A stretch of DNA of 64,000 nt from an uncultured Actinomycetes bacterium (GCA_963749895.1 CAVVOG010000001.1:18068-82067); one strand, 5' to 3'. Counted from the first letter of the stretch, positions 10,188 to 20,613 are shown. Made by a program: numbers and translations. Notes: generated by a model from the sequence alone, not told the origin.

Positions 10188-10560
10188 ACCAGGTCCCGGT
10201 CGACCAGAGCGCGGCGGCGATCAGCACCGGCTGGAACAGGAGCCGGACCCAACGCTCGGCGTCGGTGTCGAGCCCGAACGTGTCCGTGCCGTTGACCGCC
10301 TGATGCACGTTCCCCGGGAACACGAGCACGAAGAAGAGCGCGAGCGCCCAGCCGACCTCGCGGCGCCGGGACCGCCACGCGACGAGCGCCACCGCGAACG
10401 CGATCTCGATGACACCGCTGATCCACACCAGCGCCTCGCGAGCGGGGAGCCACGTCGGGGTCTGCCCGAGGAAGTCCTCGGTGGCCACGAGGTGCCCGAC
10501 GCCGGCCACCAGCATGAGGAGCGCAAGTCCCCACCGCACGAGCGCCTTCGCCGATCCCAT
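10162..10560 (-). CDS. small integral membrane protein (DoxX-like topology), hypothetical
   Basis: Four predicted helices. It overlaps the 3' end of the convergent gene at 9273..10187 by 26 nt. The start is uncertain (10560 or 10608). Confidence 0.5.
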   Translation of the reverse strand: MGSAKALVRWGLALLMLVAGVGHLVATEDFLGQTPTWLPAREALVWISGVIEIAFAVALVAWRSRRREVGWALALFFVLVFPGNVHQAVNGTDTFGLDTDAERWVRLLFQPVLIAAALWSTGTWFTRRRARA

Positions 10561-10610
10561 CCATCGACGGTACCGCGACCCCGCACGGTCGGCATGGGAC
10601 CATCCCACGC

Positions 10611-11753
10611 ATGGAGCGGACGGACGTCGCCATCGTCGGGGCGGGCGTGATCGGCCTCGCGTGCGCGGCCGAACTCGGGGCCCGTGGCCTCGGCGTCACG
10701 ATCCTCGAGGCGCTCCCCACGCCCGGGCAGGCGTCCTCCGCGAAGGCGAACGGGGGCGTGCGCGCGCAGTTCACCACCGCGCCGAACGTCGCGTTCTCGC
10801 TCGCGTCGATCGAGGAGTACGAGCGGCTGGAGCGCGACACGGGGCTGCCGGGGTTCCGCCAGCACGGCTACCTGTTGATCGCGGGCGACGACGCGACCGA
10901 GGCCGGGCTGCGCGCCGCGCGCGACCTCCAGCGCTCGATGGGGGTCGACACCGAGTGGCTCGAGCCGCAGGAGGTGGTCGCCGAGGCGCCGTTCGTGCGA
11001 GCCGACGGGATCCGCGGGGGGACGTTCCACGCGCGCGACGGGTTGATCGACCCCGCGGGGGTCGTCACGGCGCTCGAACGGGCGGCGAAGGCCAACGGCG
11101 CGACGATCCGGACCGGGGCGCCGGTCGCGGGGATCGACGCGGACGGCGACCGGTTCCGGGTGCGCCTGGAGGGCGACGAGCTCACGGCCGACGTCGTCGT
11201 GAACGCGGCAGGCGCCGACGCGCGCGTGGTGGCGAGGATGTTCGGCGCCGACGTGCCGGTCGAGCCGGTGCGGCGGAACCTCGCGCTGTTCCTGGACGCG
11301 CCGGGCGAGCCCACGCCGATGGTCGTGGACGTGGCGACCGGGGTGCTCGTGCGTCGCGAGGGCGCGGGTGGGTGGGTCGTCGCCTACTCGAACCCCGCCG
11401 ATCCGCCGGGGCGCGACGAGACCGTGGATCTGCGGTTCTTCGAGGACCTCGCGGAACGGGCGCCGGTCCGGTTCCCGTTCCTGGCGGACCTCCCGCTCGA
11501 CCCCGGGCGGTGCTGGGCGGGCCTGTACCCCGAGACGCCGGACCACCACGCGATCGTCGGGTTCGATCCCGATGTCGCGGGGCTCGTGCACTGCGTCGGG
11601 TTCGGGGGGCACGGGGTGATGCACGCGCCGGCCGCGGGGCTCGCCGTCGCGGAGCTGGTGACCGACGGCGCCTGCGCCTCGTTCGACCTGCGGCCGCTTC
11701 GGCCCTCGCGGTTCGCCGAGGGCGACCTGGTCGTCGAGACCGCCGTGCTGTGA
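10611..11753 (+). CDS. FAD-dependent oxidoreductase (DAO family, glycine/D-amino-acid oxidase-like)
   Basis: N-terminal DVAIVGAGVIGLACAAEL dinucleotide-binding motif; 380 aa. Confidence 0.8.
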   Translation: MERTDVAIVGAGVIGLACAAELGARGLGVTILEALPTPGQASSAKANGGVRAQFTTAPNVAFSLASIEEYERLERDTGLPGFRQHGYLLIAGDDATEAGLRAARDLQRSMGVDTEWLEPQEVVAEAPFVRADGIRGGTFHARDGLIDPAGVVTALERAAKANGATIRTGAPVAGIDADGDRFRVRLEGDELTADVVVNAAGADARVVARMFGADVPVEPVRRNLALFLDAPGEPTPMVVDVATGVLVRREGAGGWVVAYSNPADPPGRDETVDLRFFEDLAERAPVRFPFLADLPLDPGRCWAGLYPETPDHHAIVGFDPDVAGLVHCVGFGGHGVMHAPAAGLAVAELVTDGACASFDLRPLRPSRFAEGDLVVETAVL

Positions 11754-11832
11754 GTCCCTGGGCGACCGGGCCCTCCGGCACCGGGCGTCCGGGGTCGCGC
11801 GGGCGCAGGATGGCTGTCGAGGGAGGTGCACG

Positions 11833-12468
11833 ATGTCGAAGGTGTTGCTCGACCATGTGCCGGCCCGCACGCCGAGGGAGTACGCCCCCGTTCCGCCCCC
11901 GCGTCGGACGCCCGGTCGCTCGAAGATCGAGGCGGGCGTCCTCGGTCTGATCCTGGTGGCGATCTTGGTGTTCACGGCCGGGTTCGCGATGCTGTTCCCC
12001 GACGGCAGGGTCTCGTCCGACGCGTGGACGACGTACCGCGACCCGGGCGGGACGTTCGAGCTGCGGCTCCCGGCCGGGTGGGTGATCGCGCCGCAGGCTA
12101 CGGGCGTGCGGCTGGCGGGCGACGCGATGACCGTGGAGGTCACGGTCCTCGCCGACGAGACCACCAGCGTCGATCAGCTCGCGGGGCTGCGGGCGGGCGA
12201 GCTCGCGGACCTGGGCGCGGCTGAGGTCACGAGCGTGGAAGGCACGACGATCGCAGGTCGTCAGGCGGCGGCGGTCGAGGAGCTGTCCACCGGCGACGGC
12301 CGGGTGACCCGGCGGCTGTACGTCCAGGCCGGGGAGCGCACGGTCGTGACGATCGTGGCCACGGCGGACGAGGGCGCCTTCGATCGTGCGACGGTCGACG
12401 CGATCGTCGCGACGCTCGCGTTCCCCACGGATGTCGAGCCGGGTCTGGTCGATCAGTCGCGGCCGTAG
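11833..12468 (+). CDS. membrane-anchored hypothetical protein (N-in, single TM, extracytoplasmic domain)
   Basis: RBS GGGAGGTG; TM segment GVLGLILVAILVFTAGFAMLF. Confidence 0.5.
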   Translation: MSKVLLDHVPARTPREYAPVPPPRRTPGRSKIEAGVLGLILVAILVFTAGFAMLFPDGRVSSDAWTTYRDPGGTFELRLPAGWVIAPQATGVRLAGDAMTVEVTVLADETTSVDQLAGLRAGELADLGAAEVTSVEGTTIAGRQAAAVEELSTGDGRVTRRLYVQAGERTVVTIVATADEGAFDRATVDAIVATLAFPTDVEPGLVDQSRP

Positions 12469-13727
12469 CGGCCGGGTGCGAACGGCGCGAGGTCGAGGCC
12501 GGCGTCGCCGGTCGCGACCAGGCGTGCGATCGCGCGCCCCGTGACCGGCGCCAGGGTGAGCCCGAGCATGTTGTGCCCCGCCGCGACCACGACCCGCTCG
12601 TTACCGGGGATCGGGCCCAGGAACGGCAATCCGTCCGGCGTGATCGGGCGCGGCCCGACCCACTCGTCGTGGCGGCCCGTGAGGTCGACGTGCAGCAGCG
12701 GCTGCGCGGCCTTCACGATCGCGCCGATCCGCCGGCCGTTGAAGCGGTCGGTCGAGCCGTCGAACTCCATCGTCCCGGCGATCCGCAGCCGGCCGTCCAT
12801 CGGCGAGGCCATCACGTGCGCGTCGGACAGGTAGAGCACCTGGTCCGGCATCGGGTCGGCCTCGACCGAGAAGCTGTATCCCTTGCCCGGCTGCAGCTCC
12901 AGTCTGAGCCCGAGGGGAGCGACGAGGTCGCGGGTCCACACCCCCGCGGCGACGACCGCGGTCGCGCCGACGACCGGCCCGTCCGCGGTCGCGACGGTCA
13001 CCCCGTCGGGGCCGTCCTCGATCGCGCGGACCGCGGTGTCGGTGCGCAGGTCGACCCCTTCGTCCTCGAGCGCGGCGGCGAGGTCGTCGACGAACCGCCC
13101 CGGCTCGATCCAGCGCTCCCCCGGCAGCTCGAACCCGGCCGCGCCGACGTCGGTCAGCACCGGAGCCAGCTCACGCAGGTCGTCCCCGTCGAGGATCTCG
13201 CCGGGCTCCAGGCAGACCCCGCGGGCCGCCATCGCCGCGACGTGCTCCCATTCGTCGTGCGCCGCCTGCCAGGACCCGTGGACGAACAGGTAGCCGTCGG
13301 CACGTGCGGAGGTGCCGATCCCGGCGGCCGCCAGCTCGTCGTAGGCCTCGGTCACGCCGAGGGCCAGCGGCAGGAACGCCTCGACGCCGGCCTCGAATCG
13401 CTCACGCGTCGCGGCGGCCGCGAACCGTCGCAGGAACCCGGCCATGCGGGGCGCGTAGGTCGGCGCGACGTGCAGCGCCGCGTCGGGACGGGTCATCGCG
13501 CCGATCCCGTCTCGGAGCACCCCGGGAGCCGGCAGCGGTTCGACCATCGAGGGGCAGATCGCGCCGGCGTTCCCACGCGAGGCCCCGCCCCCCGGGTCCC
13601 CGCGCTCCAGGACCACGACCTCGAGCCCCGCGGCTCGGAGGAACCAGGCGCACGACAGCCCCACGACCCCGCCGCCGACGACGATCACCGGTCCGTCGCT
13701 CATCGGCGCCCACGCTACAAGACCCAT
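12453..13727 (-). CDS. FAD-dependent oxidoreductase, D-amino acid dehydrogenase (DadA)-like
   Basis: VIVVGGGVVGLSCAW motif and DadA-family length. The start is either 13727 or the M at 13703. The stop overlaps the convergent gene at 11833..12468 by 16 nt. Confidence 0.8.
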   Translation of the reverse strand: MGLVAWAPMSDGPVIVVGGGVVGLSCAWFLRAAGLEVVVLERGDPGGGASRGNAGAICPSMVEPLPAPGVLRDGIGAMTRPDAALHVAPTYAPRMAGFLRRFAAAATRERFEAGVEAFLPLALGVTEAYDELAAAGIGTSARADGYLFVHGSWQAAHDEWEHVAAMAARGVCLEPGEILDGDDLRELAPVLTDVGAAGFELPGERWIEPGRFVDDLAAALEDEGVDLRTDTAVRAIEDGPDGVTVATADGPVVGATAVVAAGVWTRDLVAPLGLRLELQPGKGYSFSVEADPMPDQVLYLSDAHVMASPMDGRLRIAGTMEFDGSTDRFNGRRIGAIVKAAQPLLHVDLTGRHDEWVGPRPITPDGLPFLGPIPGNERVVVAAGHNMLGLTLAPVTGRAIARLVATGDAGLDLAPFAPGRYGRD

Positions 13728-13812
13728 CTGCGGCGGGACCCCCCGACGGTTCGCGCCGTCGGCGCGAACCCCCTAGGCTGGGGCCTGTCCGAACGTCGAG
13801 GTGGGAGGATCG

Positions 13813-14763
13813 ATGGCCACGGAACCCGTCCTGGCCTGCCGAGGACTGCGCAAGACCTTCGACGAACGCGTCGCGGTCGACGACGTCGGCTTCACGATCG
13901 CGCCCGGCGAGACCTACGGGCTCCTCGGTCCGAACGGCGCCGGCAAGACGACGACGATCTCGATGATCTGCGGGCTGCTGTCCCGCGACGCCGGCGAGGT
14001 CGCGATCGAGGGCCGACCCCTCGACACCGGGACGGTCGACGTGAAGGCGGCGATCGGGTTCGTGCCGCAGGAGATCGCGATCTACCCTGACCTGAGCGCC
14101 ACCGAGAACCTCCGGTTCTTCGGCGCCCTCTACGGGCTGCGGGGCACGGAGCTCGAGGCGCGGACCGCCGAGGTGCTGACGACCGTCGGGCTCGCCGACC
14201 GGGCCGACGAACGGACCGCGGGCTTCTCGGGCGGGATGAAACGGCGGCTCAACATCGGGCTCGGTCTGCTGAACCGCCCGGCGCTCCTGGTCCTCGACGA
14301 GCCCACCGTCGGGGTCGACCCGCAGAGCCGCAACGCGATCTTGGAGTCGGTGGCCGACCTGTCGAAGGAGGGCATGGCCGTCCTGTACACGACCCACTAC
14401 ATGGAGGAGGCCGAGCGCCTCTGCGACCGGGTCGGGATCATCGACGAAGGCCACCTCAAGGCCGAAGGCACCCGCCGCGAACTGGTGGCGATGGTCGGCG
14501 AGCACGACCGGCTCCGCCTGGGGATGCGCGGCGACGGGGAGCCCGCGGCGATCGCGCTCCGCGCCCTCCCGGCGGTGATCGACGCGACGGCCGGTGACGG
14601 CGCGATCGACCTGCTCGTGCGCGACGCGCGCGTGGCGCTGGCCGAGATCGTCCGCACCGCGGCGGACGCTGGCGCCGAGATCGAGACCGTGGAGGTCCGC
14701 GAGCCCAACCTCGAGGCGGTCTTCCTGCACCTGACCGGCAAGGCGCTCCGCGACGAGGGCTGA
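13813..14763 (+). CDS. ABC transporter ATP-binding protein (ABC-2/DrrA-like)
   Basis: Walker A GPNGAGKTT, ABC signature FSGGMKRRL and Walker B LLVLDEPT; RBS GGGAGGA 4 nt before the ATG at 13813. Confidence 0.9.
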   Translation: MATEPVLACRGLRKTFDERVAVDDVGFTIAPGETYGLLGPNGAGKTTTISMICGLLSRDAGEVAIEGRPLDTGTVDVKAAIGFVPQEIAIYPDLSATENLRFFGALYGLRGTELEARTAEVLTTVGLADRADERTAGFSGGMKRRLNIGLGLLNRPALLVLDEPTVGVDPQSRNAILESVADLSKEGMAVLYTTHYMEEAERLCDRVGIIDEGHLKAEGTRRELVAMVGEHDRLRLGMRGDGEPAAIALRALPAVIDATAGDGAIDLLVRDARVALAEIVRTAADAGAEIETVEVREPNLEAVFLHLTGKALRDEG

Positions 14764-14764
14764 C

Positions 14765-15940
14765 GTGGCGGGCGGGACCGGACGCGCGACCGCGGCGATC
14801 GCCGGGAAGGACCTCCGGCGGCGGATCCGCGACCGGAGCGCGATCGTGATCGGGCTGATCCTGCCGTTCGCGCTCGCGGGGATCTTCAGCCTGACCCTCG
14901 GGGGGGCCGACGAGGAGGGGTTCACGGCGACCTTCGCGGTCGGCGACGATGACGGGGGTCCGCTCCCCGCGTCCTTCGTCGCGCTGCTCGAGGACCTCGA
15001 CTTCGTGACGCTGGCCGACGCCACGTCGGCGGCCGACGCCGAGCGCGGGGCCGACGACGGGACGATCGACGTCGCCGTGATCTTCCCCGAGGGGTTCAGC
15101 GAGGCGGCCCAGAGCGGGCAGCCGACCAGGATCGAGATCGTCTCCCACCCGGGCGACGACGTCGCGGCGCTGGTCGCGACGTCGATCGCGCGGTCGTTCG
15201 CCGCCCGGATCGACGGGGTCGGGATCGCCGTGGCGGTCGCGGCCCCCCAGCACGACCCCGACGCGACCGGGCGGGTGATCGCGGCGGCGCAGCAGGCGGC
15301 TCCGGTGATCGAGATCGTCGAGGACGAGGCCGCCTCACGGACCTTCTCGGCCGCGACCTACTTCGCGATCGGCATGGCGGTGTTCTTCCTGTTCTTCACG
15401 GTTGAGTTCGGGGTGCGCGGGCTATTGGAGGAACGCAACGAAGGGACGCTCGCCCGGCTCCTGGTCTCGCCGATCGCGCCGTCGGCGATCCTGGCCGGCA
15501 AGGCGCTGGCGAGCTACGCCGTCGGGTTCGTGTCGACCTCGCTGCTGGTGATCTCGAGCACGATCCTGCTCGATGCGACCTGGGGCGAGCCGCTCGGGGT
15601 CATCATGCTGGTCGTCGCGGGGGTGTTCACCGCGGTCGCGGTGACCGCGCTGGTGACGACCCTGGCCTCGACGCCGGCGCAGGCCGGGTCGTACGCCTCG
15701 ATCGTCGCGGTCGTCGGCGGGCTCCTGGGGGGGACGTTCTTCCCGATCTCACAGGCGCCGGGGGTCTTCGCCTCGCTCCGGTTCCTGTCCCCGCAGGGAT
15801 GGATGATGGAGGGGTTCCAGGAGCTCGCGTCGGGCGGGAGCGTGCCCGACGCGCTCCCCGCGATCGTCGGGACCTTCACGATCGGCGCGATCTGCGCCGC
15901 AGTGGCATGGGTCCGCGCCTCCAGGATCGTGGCGAGGTGA
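14765..15940 (+). CDS. ABC-2 family transporter permease
   Basis: GTG start 1 nt after the ATPase stop; large extracytoplasmic loop followed by a 5-6 helix bundle. Confidence 0.8.
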   Translation: MAGGTGRATAAIAGKDLRRRIRDRSAIVIGLILPFALAGIFSLTLGGADEEGFTATFAVGDDDGGPLPASFVALLEDLDFVTLADATSAADAERGADDGTIDVAVIFPEGFSEAAQSGQPTRIEIVSHPGDDVAALVATSIARSFAARIDGVGIAVAVAAPQHDPDATGRVIAAAQQAAPVIEIVEDEAASRTFSAATYFAIGMAVFFLFFTVEFGVRGLLEERNEGTLARLLVSPIAPSAILAGKALASYAVGFVSTSLLVISSTILLDATWGEPLGVIMLVVAGVFTAVAVTALVTTLASTPAQAGSYASIVAVVGGLLGGTFFPISQAPGVFASLRFLSPQGWMMEGFQELASGGSVPDALPAIVGTFTIGAICAAVAWVRASRIVAR

Positions 15941-17127
15941 GCGGCGTGCGCTCGTCCTCAGGCAGGAAGGCCGCCACGATCGCGCTCACGAACCTGCGCC
16001 GTCTGCTCCGCGACAAGACGGGCGCCTTCTTCGTCATCGTGTTCCCGTTCGCGATCATCCTCGTGCTGGGAGCGACCTTCGGGCAGGGGTTCACGCCGAA
16101 GCTCGGGGTCGTGGCGCCGGACACCCCGCTCGCCCAGGACCTCGTGCGACGGCTGGAGGCGGTCGACGGTCTGGAGCTCGTCGTCCACGCCGACGCCGAC
16201 GCCGTCCGCGACGCGGTGGAGCAGGGCTCGCTGGAGGGCGGCGTGATCGTCGCCGCCGACCACGACGAGGCGATCCGCGAGGGCGGGACCGCGCAGGTCG
16301 CCTACCTCGCGCGGCCGAGCGGCGCCGGGCAGGAGCTCCGGCTCACCGTGGCGGCCGTCGCCGACCGCCAGGCCGTCGCCGTGACGGCGGCGCGGATCGC
16401 GGTCGACGAGGGCGCGGCCGGCTCGTTCGAGGAGGCGCTGGCCGCGGCCCGCGCCGCGGAGGAGGTCGTCCCCGCGGTCGCCGTCTCGGCGCGGGCCGCG
16501 GGCGGTCAGGACGAGGTCGAGTACGGGATGGACGCCGGCGCCGCCCAGGAACTGGTCCTGTTCGTGTTCCTCACGTCGCTGTCGGCGTCCTCGATGCTGA
16601 TCGAGTCCCGTCGCCTCGGCGTGTCGCGCCGCATGATCGCCTCCCCCACGCCGGTGCGGACCGTCGTCGTCGGCGAGGCCCTCGGCCGCTACGTGATCGC
16701 GCTGTTCCAGGGCGCGCTGATCCTGTTGGGCACGGCGATCGTGTTCGGGGTCGACTGGGGAAACCCGTGGACCGCGATCCTCGTGGTGGCCCTGTTCGCG
16801 GCGACCGCCACCGGCGCCGCGATCTTGATGGGTTCGGCCCTTTCGAACGAACAACAGGCCGGGTCGCTCGGCGTCTTCCTGGGGCTCGCGCTCGCGGCTC
16901 TCGGCGGTGCGATGGTCCCGCTCGAGATCTTCCCGCCGGTGATGGCGCGGATCGCCCATCTGACGCCGCACGCGTGGGCGATCGAGGCGCTGAACGAGAC
17001 GATGGCGACCGGCGCGGGACCGGCCGACGTCGCCACGGACCTCGCGGTGCTCGCCGTCTACGCGGCGGCGCTGATCGCGTTCGCCGCCGTGCTGTTCCGG
17101 CGGCGGCTCACGACCACCTCCGGCTGA
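15937..17127 (+). CDS. ABC-2 family transporter permease (second subunit)
   Basis: GTG start overlapping the upstream stop (GTGA); a paralogue of the preceding permease. Confidence 0.8.
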   Translation: MSGVRSSSGRKAATIALTNLRRLLRDKTGAFFVIVFPFAIILVLGATFGQGFTPKLGVVAPDTPLAQDLVRRLEAVDGLELVVHADADAVRDAVEQGSLEGGVIVAADHDEAIREGGTAQVAYLARPSGAGQELRLTVAAVADRQAVAVTAARIAVDEGAAGSFEEALAAARAAEEVVPAVAVSARAAGGQDEVEYGMDAGAAQELVLFVFLTSLSASSMLIESRRLGVSRRMIASPTPVRTVVVGEALGRYVIALFQGALILLGTAIVFGVDWGNPWTAILVVALFAATATGAAILMGSALSNEQQAGSLGVFLGLALAALGGAMVPLEIFPPVMARIAHLTPHAWAIEALNETMATGAGPADVATDLAVLAVYAAALIAFAAVLFRRRLTTTSG

Positions 17128-17136
17128 CGCGCGGCC

Positions 17137-18057
17137 TCAGTCCGAGCCGCCCCCGTCGGTGCCCGCGTCATCGGCCGAGTCGGCGTCCGACGCGCCCGGA
17201 CCGGGCAGGTCGCCGGTCGGCTCGGGGCTCGGCACGGGCTCGGTCACCGGGGCCGGGGGAGGCGGTGGTGGCGCAGGCACGTCGGTCGCCGGGGTCGTCG
17301 GCGCCTCCGGCGCGGGGGTCGGCTCCTCGCCGGGCACGGTCGGGGCCACGATCGGCTCAGCGCCCTCGGCCGCGGTCGGCTTCTTCCGACCGAGCACCAC
17401 GGCGAGCACGACGACCGCCAGCACCGCGATCGCGCCGATCACGATCCACGTGACCGCGCCGCCGCCCGCACCTCCGGAGGCGATGGCGCTGCCGCGTGCG
17501 GAGATCTCCGTGGTCTCACCCAGCGCCGGGGTCCAGGTCACGGTGTTCCCGTCGATCTCGCCCGTCGCCTCCTCGACCTCACCGGGGAACGTGACCGCGA
17601 TCCGGACGTCGAACGAACCGAGGATCTCCTCGGCCCCGGGCGTCCCGGTCGGATCGAGGTCCTCGGAGGACGCGTCGAGCGAGCCCGTCACCACGAACGT
17701 GTCACCCTCGCGGGTGATCGACAGGTCGCTCCCCTCCGCCTCGGAGAACGCCGACAGCGGAGCGCCCTCGAACGTGAACTTCTGCCCGATGTAGTCGTCG
17801 TCCTCGTACGGCTCCGTCTCGAACTCCACGCCCTCGGGCAGCGGCCCCTCGCCCTCCGTGGTCTGCTCCATGAAGTCGTCGGCGCTCGCCCCGGACATCT
17901 CCAGGAGACCCTTGTCGAACGCGAACACGACCTCGCCGTCGACCGTGTCGTCCTCGTTCAGCGTGAGCGCTTGATCGAGCTTCAAGCAGCCCGACAGCAG
18001 CAGCGCCATCGCGCCGATGCCGAGGAGCCTGGCCCACGTACGGATCGCGGTTCGCAT
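17137..18057 (-). CDS. lipoprotein with a C-terminal TM anchor and Pro-rich acidic cytoplasmic tail (LppM/DUF3153-like topology)
   Basis: Signal peptide with lipobox LSGC, a C-terminal helix AVTWIVIGAIAVLAVVVLAVVLG, then RKK and a PAPEAPTTPATDVPAPPPPPPAPV tail. Confidence 0.65.
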   Translation of the reverse strand: MRTAIRTWARLLGIGAMALLLSGCLKLDQALTLNEDDTVDGEVVFAFDKGLLEMSGASADDFMEQTTEGEGPLPEGVEFETEPYEDDDYIGQKFTFEGAPLSAFSEAEGSDLSITREGDTFVVTGSLDASSEDLDPTGTPGAEEILGSFDVRIAVTFPGEVEEATGEIDGNTVTWTPALGETTEISARGSAIASGGAGGGAVTWIVIGAIAVLAVVVLAVVLGRKKPTAAEGAEPIVAPTVPGEEPTPAPEAPTTPATDVPAPPPPPPAPVTEPVPSPEPTGDLPGPGASDADSADDAGTDGGGSD

Positions 18058-18121
18058 ACGGATCCCTCCTGGGTGGATGACGCGTCCACCCTACCGGGCG
18101 CGCCACGCGTCCCCAGGATGT

Positions 18122-19369
18122 TCACGCGCCGCGCAGATCGGACACGATCGCGTCGGCCGCGCGCCGGCCGCCGAACAGCGCGCCCTGGATCGAGGCGGTG
18201 TCGCGGTGATCGCCCAGCACGTACCGCCCGGAGCCCAGGCGGACGCGACGACGCGGGGCGAACCCGGGGCGCTGGTCGGGGTGCCCGTGGGCGATCACGT
18301 ACGTCGCGACCTCGTCCCACGCGTCGGCGTCGGGGAACCATCCGCGCAGTTGCGTGCGGACCGCCTTCACCAGGTCGGGGGCCAGCGCCGCAGGCCCCGG
18401 AACCGCGGCGGCGACGAGGGCCTTCCCGCGGGGGGCGTAGGGAGGGGCGACCTCGCTCATCACCGCGAGGTTCTTCACGGGGCCCGAGCCCTCGCCGTCC
18501 AGGGCGAGCACCGGCCCCTCGAGCGGTGCGGCGGGCGCGGCGAGGTACACGCACGCGACCGGGCGCGAACCCGGGTCGGCGACGACGCCCGGCAGCAGGC
18601 GGGCCGCCTCCGGCCCCTCGGCCGCGACGGCCACCACCGGCGCGCGGAGCTCCTCGCCGTCCGCGAGCACGACCCCGCGGTCGGTCAGGCGCTCCACCCT
18701 CGCGCCGAGTCGGATCGTCCCGTCGGGGAGTCCCGCCGCGAGCTGTGCCGGGATCCGACCCATCCCGCCTGCGGGGACGGCCGCGTCGCCGGTCGCGAGC
18801 ATCCGCAGGATGATCCGGAACCGCTTGGCGGAGACCTCCAGGTCGGGATCGAGCTGGATCCCGGCGAACAGCGGCCCCAGGAGCCGCTCGACGGCCGCCT
18901 CGGACAGGCCCTCCTCGCGGAGCGCCTGTCGGGTCGTCTCGTCGGGACCCCGGAGTAGATCGGCGGCCCTCCCACGGGTCACCCGCCCGATCAGCCGCAG
19001 CAGCCTCGCCTTGTCGAGCGGGGAGCCGACCGGCGCGAACGTGGTCGACAGCGCCGCCCCCGGCTCGCGACGAGGATCGCCGACCCGGCGCCAGCGTCCG
19101 CCGACCCGCACGCGCGCGCCGGGGGCGAACGTCCGTAGGTCGAGCGCATCGAGGTCGAGCTGGACCTGGGCCTCCGGGTAGGCGGTCAGCAGGATCTGGA
19201 ACCCGCGGTCGAGCAGGAACCCGTCCACCTCGTCCGTGCGGACCCGGCCGCCGACGCCATCGCCGGCTTCCAAGACCGAGACCTCGAGCCCCGCGGCGTG
19301 CAGCCGACGGGCGCACGCGAGGCCCGCGAGGCCCGCACCCACGACGATCGCGTCCGCCATCCGGCTCAT
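18122..19369 (-). CDS. NAD(P)/FAD-binding oxidoreductase (amine-oxidase/phytoene-desaturase-like flavoprotein)
   Basis: DAIVVGAGLAGLACARRL...GGRV motif after the ATG at 19369; the 210 upstream codons of ORF 18122..19999 are discarded as GC run-on. Confidence 0.75.
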   Translation of the reverse strand: MSRMADAIVVGAGLAGLACARRLHAAGLEVSVLEAGDGVGGRVRTDEVDGFLLDRGFQILLTAYPEAQVQLDLDALDLRTFAPGARVRVGGRWRRVGDPRREPGAALSTTFAPVGSPLDKARLLRLIGRVTRGRAADLLRGPDETTRQALREEGLSEAAVERLLGPLFAGIQLDPDLEVSAKRFRIILRMLATGDAAVPAGGMGRIPAQLAAGLPDGTIRLGARVERLTDRGVVLADGEELRAPVVAVAAEGPEAARLLPGVVADPGSRPVACVYLAAPAAPLEGPVLALDGEGSGPVKNLAVMSEVAPPYAPRGKALVAAAVPGPAALAPDLVKAVRTQLRGWFPDADAWDEVATYVIAHGHPDQRPGFAPRRRVRLGSGRYVLGDHRDTASIQGALFGGRRAADAIVSDLRGA

Positions 19370-19389
19370 GCTCCCACGCGACGCCGGGC

Positions 19390-20601
19390 TCAGCCCGGGA
19401 GGAACCGCTGCACCGCGTGGCCGGCGACCACCTGCCCGATCGCGAGGCAGGCCGTGGCCGCGGGCGACGGCGCGTTGCGGACGTGGATCACCCCGGGGCC
19501 GGCCTGCAGGACGAAGTCGTCGACGAGTCCGCCGGCCCGGTCGAGCAACTGTGCCCGGATACCCGCGGGCGCCGGCTCCAGGTCCCGGGGTTCGATGCCG
19601 GGGAGCATCCGCGAGATCGCCTCGGCCGTCGCGGGACGCCACAGATCGCGCAGGTACTCCCCGGCGGCCACGCCCGGGTGCCGCGCGGCGAGCCGCCAGA
19701 GCCCCGGGAACCCCACGGCGTCCCACGCGTCGCGCGGGTCCACGGCCCAGCGCCCGTAGCGCTCCCGAGCGAACGCGAGCACGGCGTTGGGCCCCGCCCA
19801 GACCTCGTCGTCGATGCGGCGGGTCAGGTGCACCCCCAGGAACGGCAGCCCCGGTGCGGGCACCGGGTAGACGAGGCCGCGGACCCGCTCGGCCGCTCCG
19901 GGGCGGAGCCGCAGGTACGCGCCGCGGAACGGCACGACCCGGCGGTCGTCGCGGACCCCGGTCATCGCGGCGACCCGATCCGAACGCAGCCCCGCGCACG
20001 CGACCACCCCGCGCGCGAGGATCTCGTCGCCCGATCGCGTCCTCACGATCCGACGAGGGCCGGAGGGCTCGACGGCGACGACCTCGGATCCGGTCCGCAC
20101 CGCTCCTGCGGCGGCCGCGATGTCGTCCGCGAGCGCCTCGGCCACGGCCCGGAAGTCGACCACGCCCGTCTCGGGAACGTGGAGGGCGCGGACCCCGGTG
20201 ACCTCGGGCTCGACCTCACGCAGCCCGGCGGCGTCGAGGAGCCGCAGACCCTCGAGCCCGTTCGCGTCGCCGCGCGCCCTCAGATCGTCGAGCCGGGCGG
20301 CCTCGGCGTCGTCCAGCGCCACGACGAGCTTGCCGGTGCGTCGCACCGCGATCCCGCGCTCCGTCGCGTAGGACTCGAGCTCGGTCCGGCCCCGACGGCA
20401 GAGCCGAGCCCGCCACGACCCCGGCTCGTAGTAGAGCCCGGAGTGCAAGACCCCGGAGTTGCGGCCGCTCTGGTGGGCGGCGACCCCGTCCTCGCGTTCG
20501 AGGACGACGACCCGGGTCCCCGGGCGCGCCTCGAGCAACCGGACGGCGGTGGCGAGCCCGACGAGGCCCCCACCGATCACGACGACGTCCGCGCGCTCCA
20601 C
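19390..20601 (-). CDS. lhgO: L-2-hydroxyglutarate oxidase/dehydrogenase-like FAD flavoprotein
   Basis: DVVVIGGGLVGLATA and HQSGRNSGVLHSGLYYEPGS signature. The GTG start lies 12 nt after the Rrf2 stop with GGAGG between, so the two are translationally coupled. Confidence 0.8.
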   Translation of the reverse strand: MERADVVVIGGGLVGLATAVRLLEARPGTRVVVLEREDGVAAHQSGRNSGVLHSGLYYEPGSWRARLCRRGRTELESYATERGIAVRRTGKLVVALDDAEAARLDDLRARGDANGLEGLRLLDAAGLREVEPEVTGVRALHVPETGVVDFRAVAEALADDIAAAAGAVRTGSEVVAVEPSGPRRIVRTRSGDEILARGVVACAGLRSDRVAAMTGVRDDRRVVPFRGAYLRLRPGAAERVRGLVYPVPAPGLPFLGVHLTRRIDDEVWAGPNAVLAFARERYGRWAVDPRDAWDAVGFPGLWRLAARHPGVAAGEYLRDLWRPATAEAISRMLPGIEPRDLEPAPAGIRAQLLDRAGGLVDDFVLQAGPGVIHVRNAPSPAATACLAIGQVVAGHAVQRFLPG

Positions 20602-20613
20602 GAGCGCCTCCGA

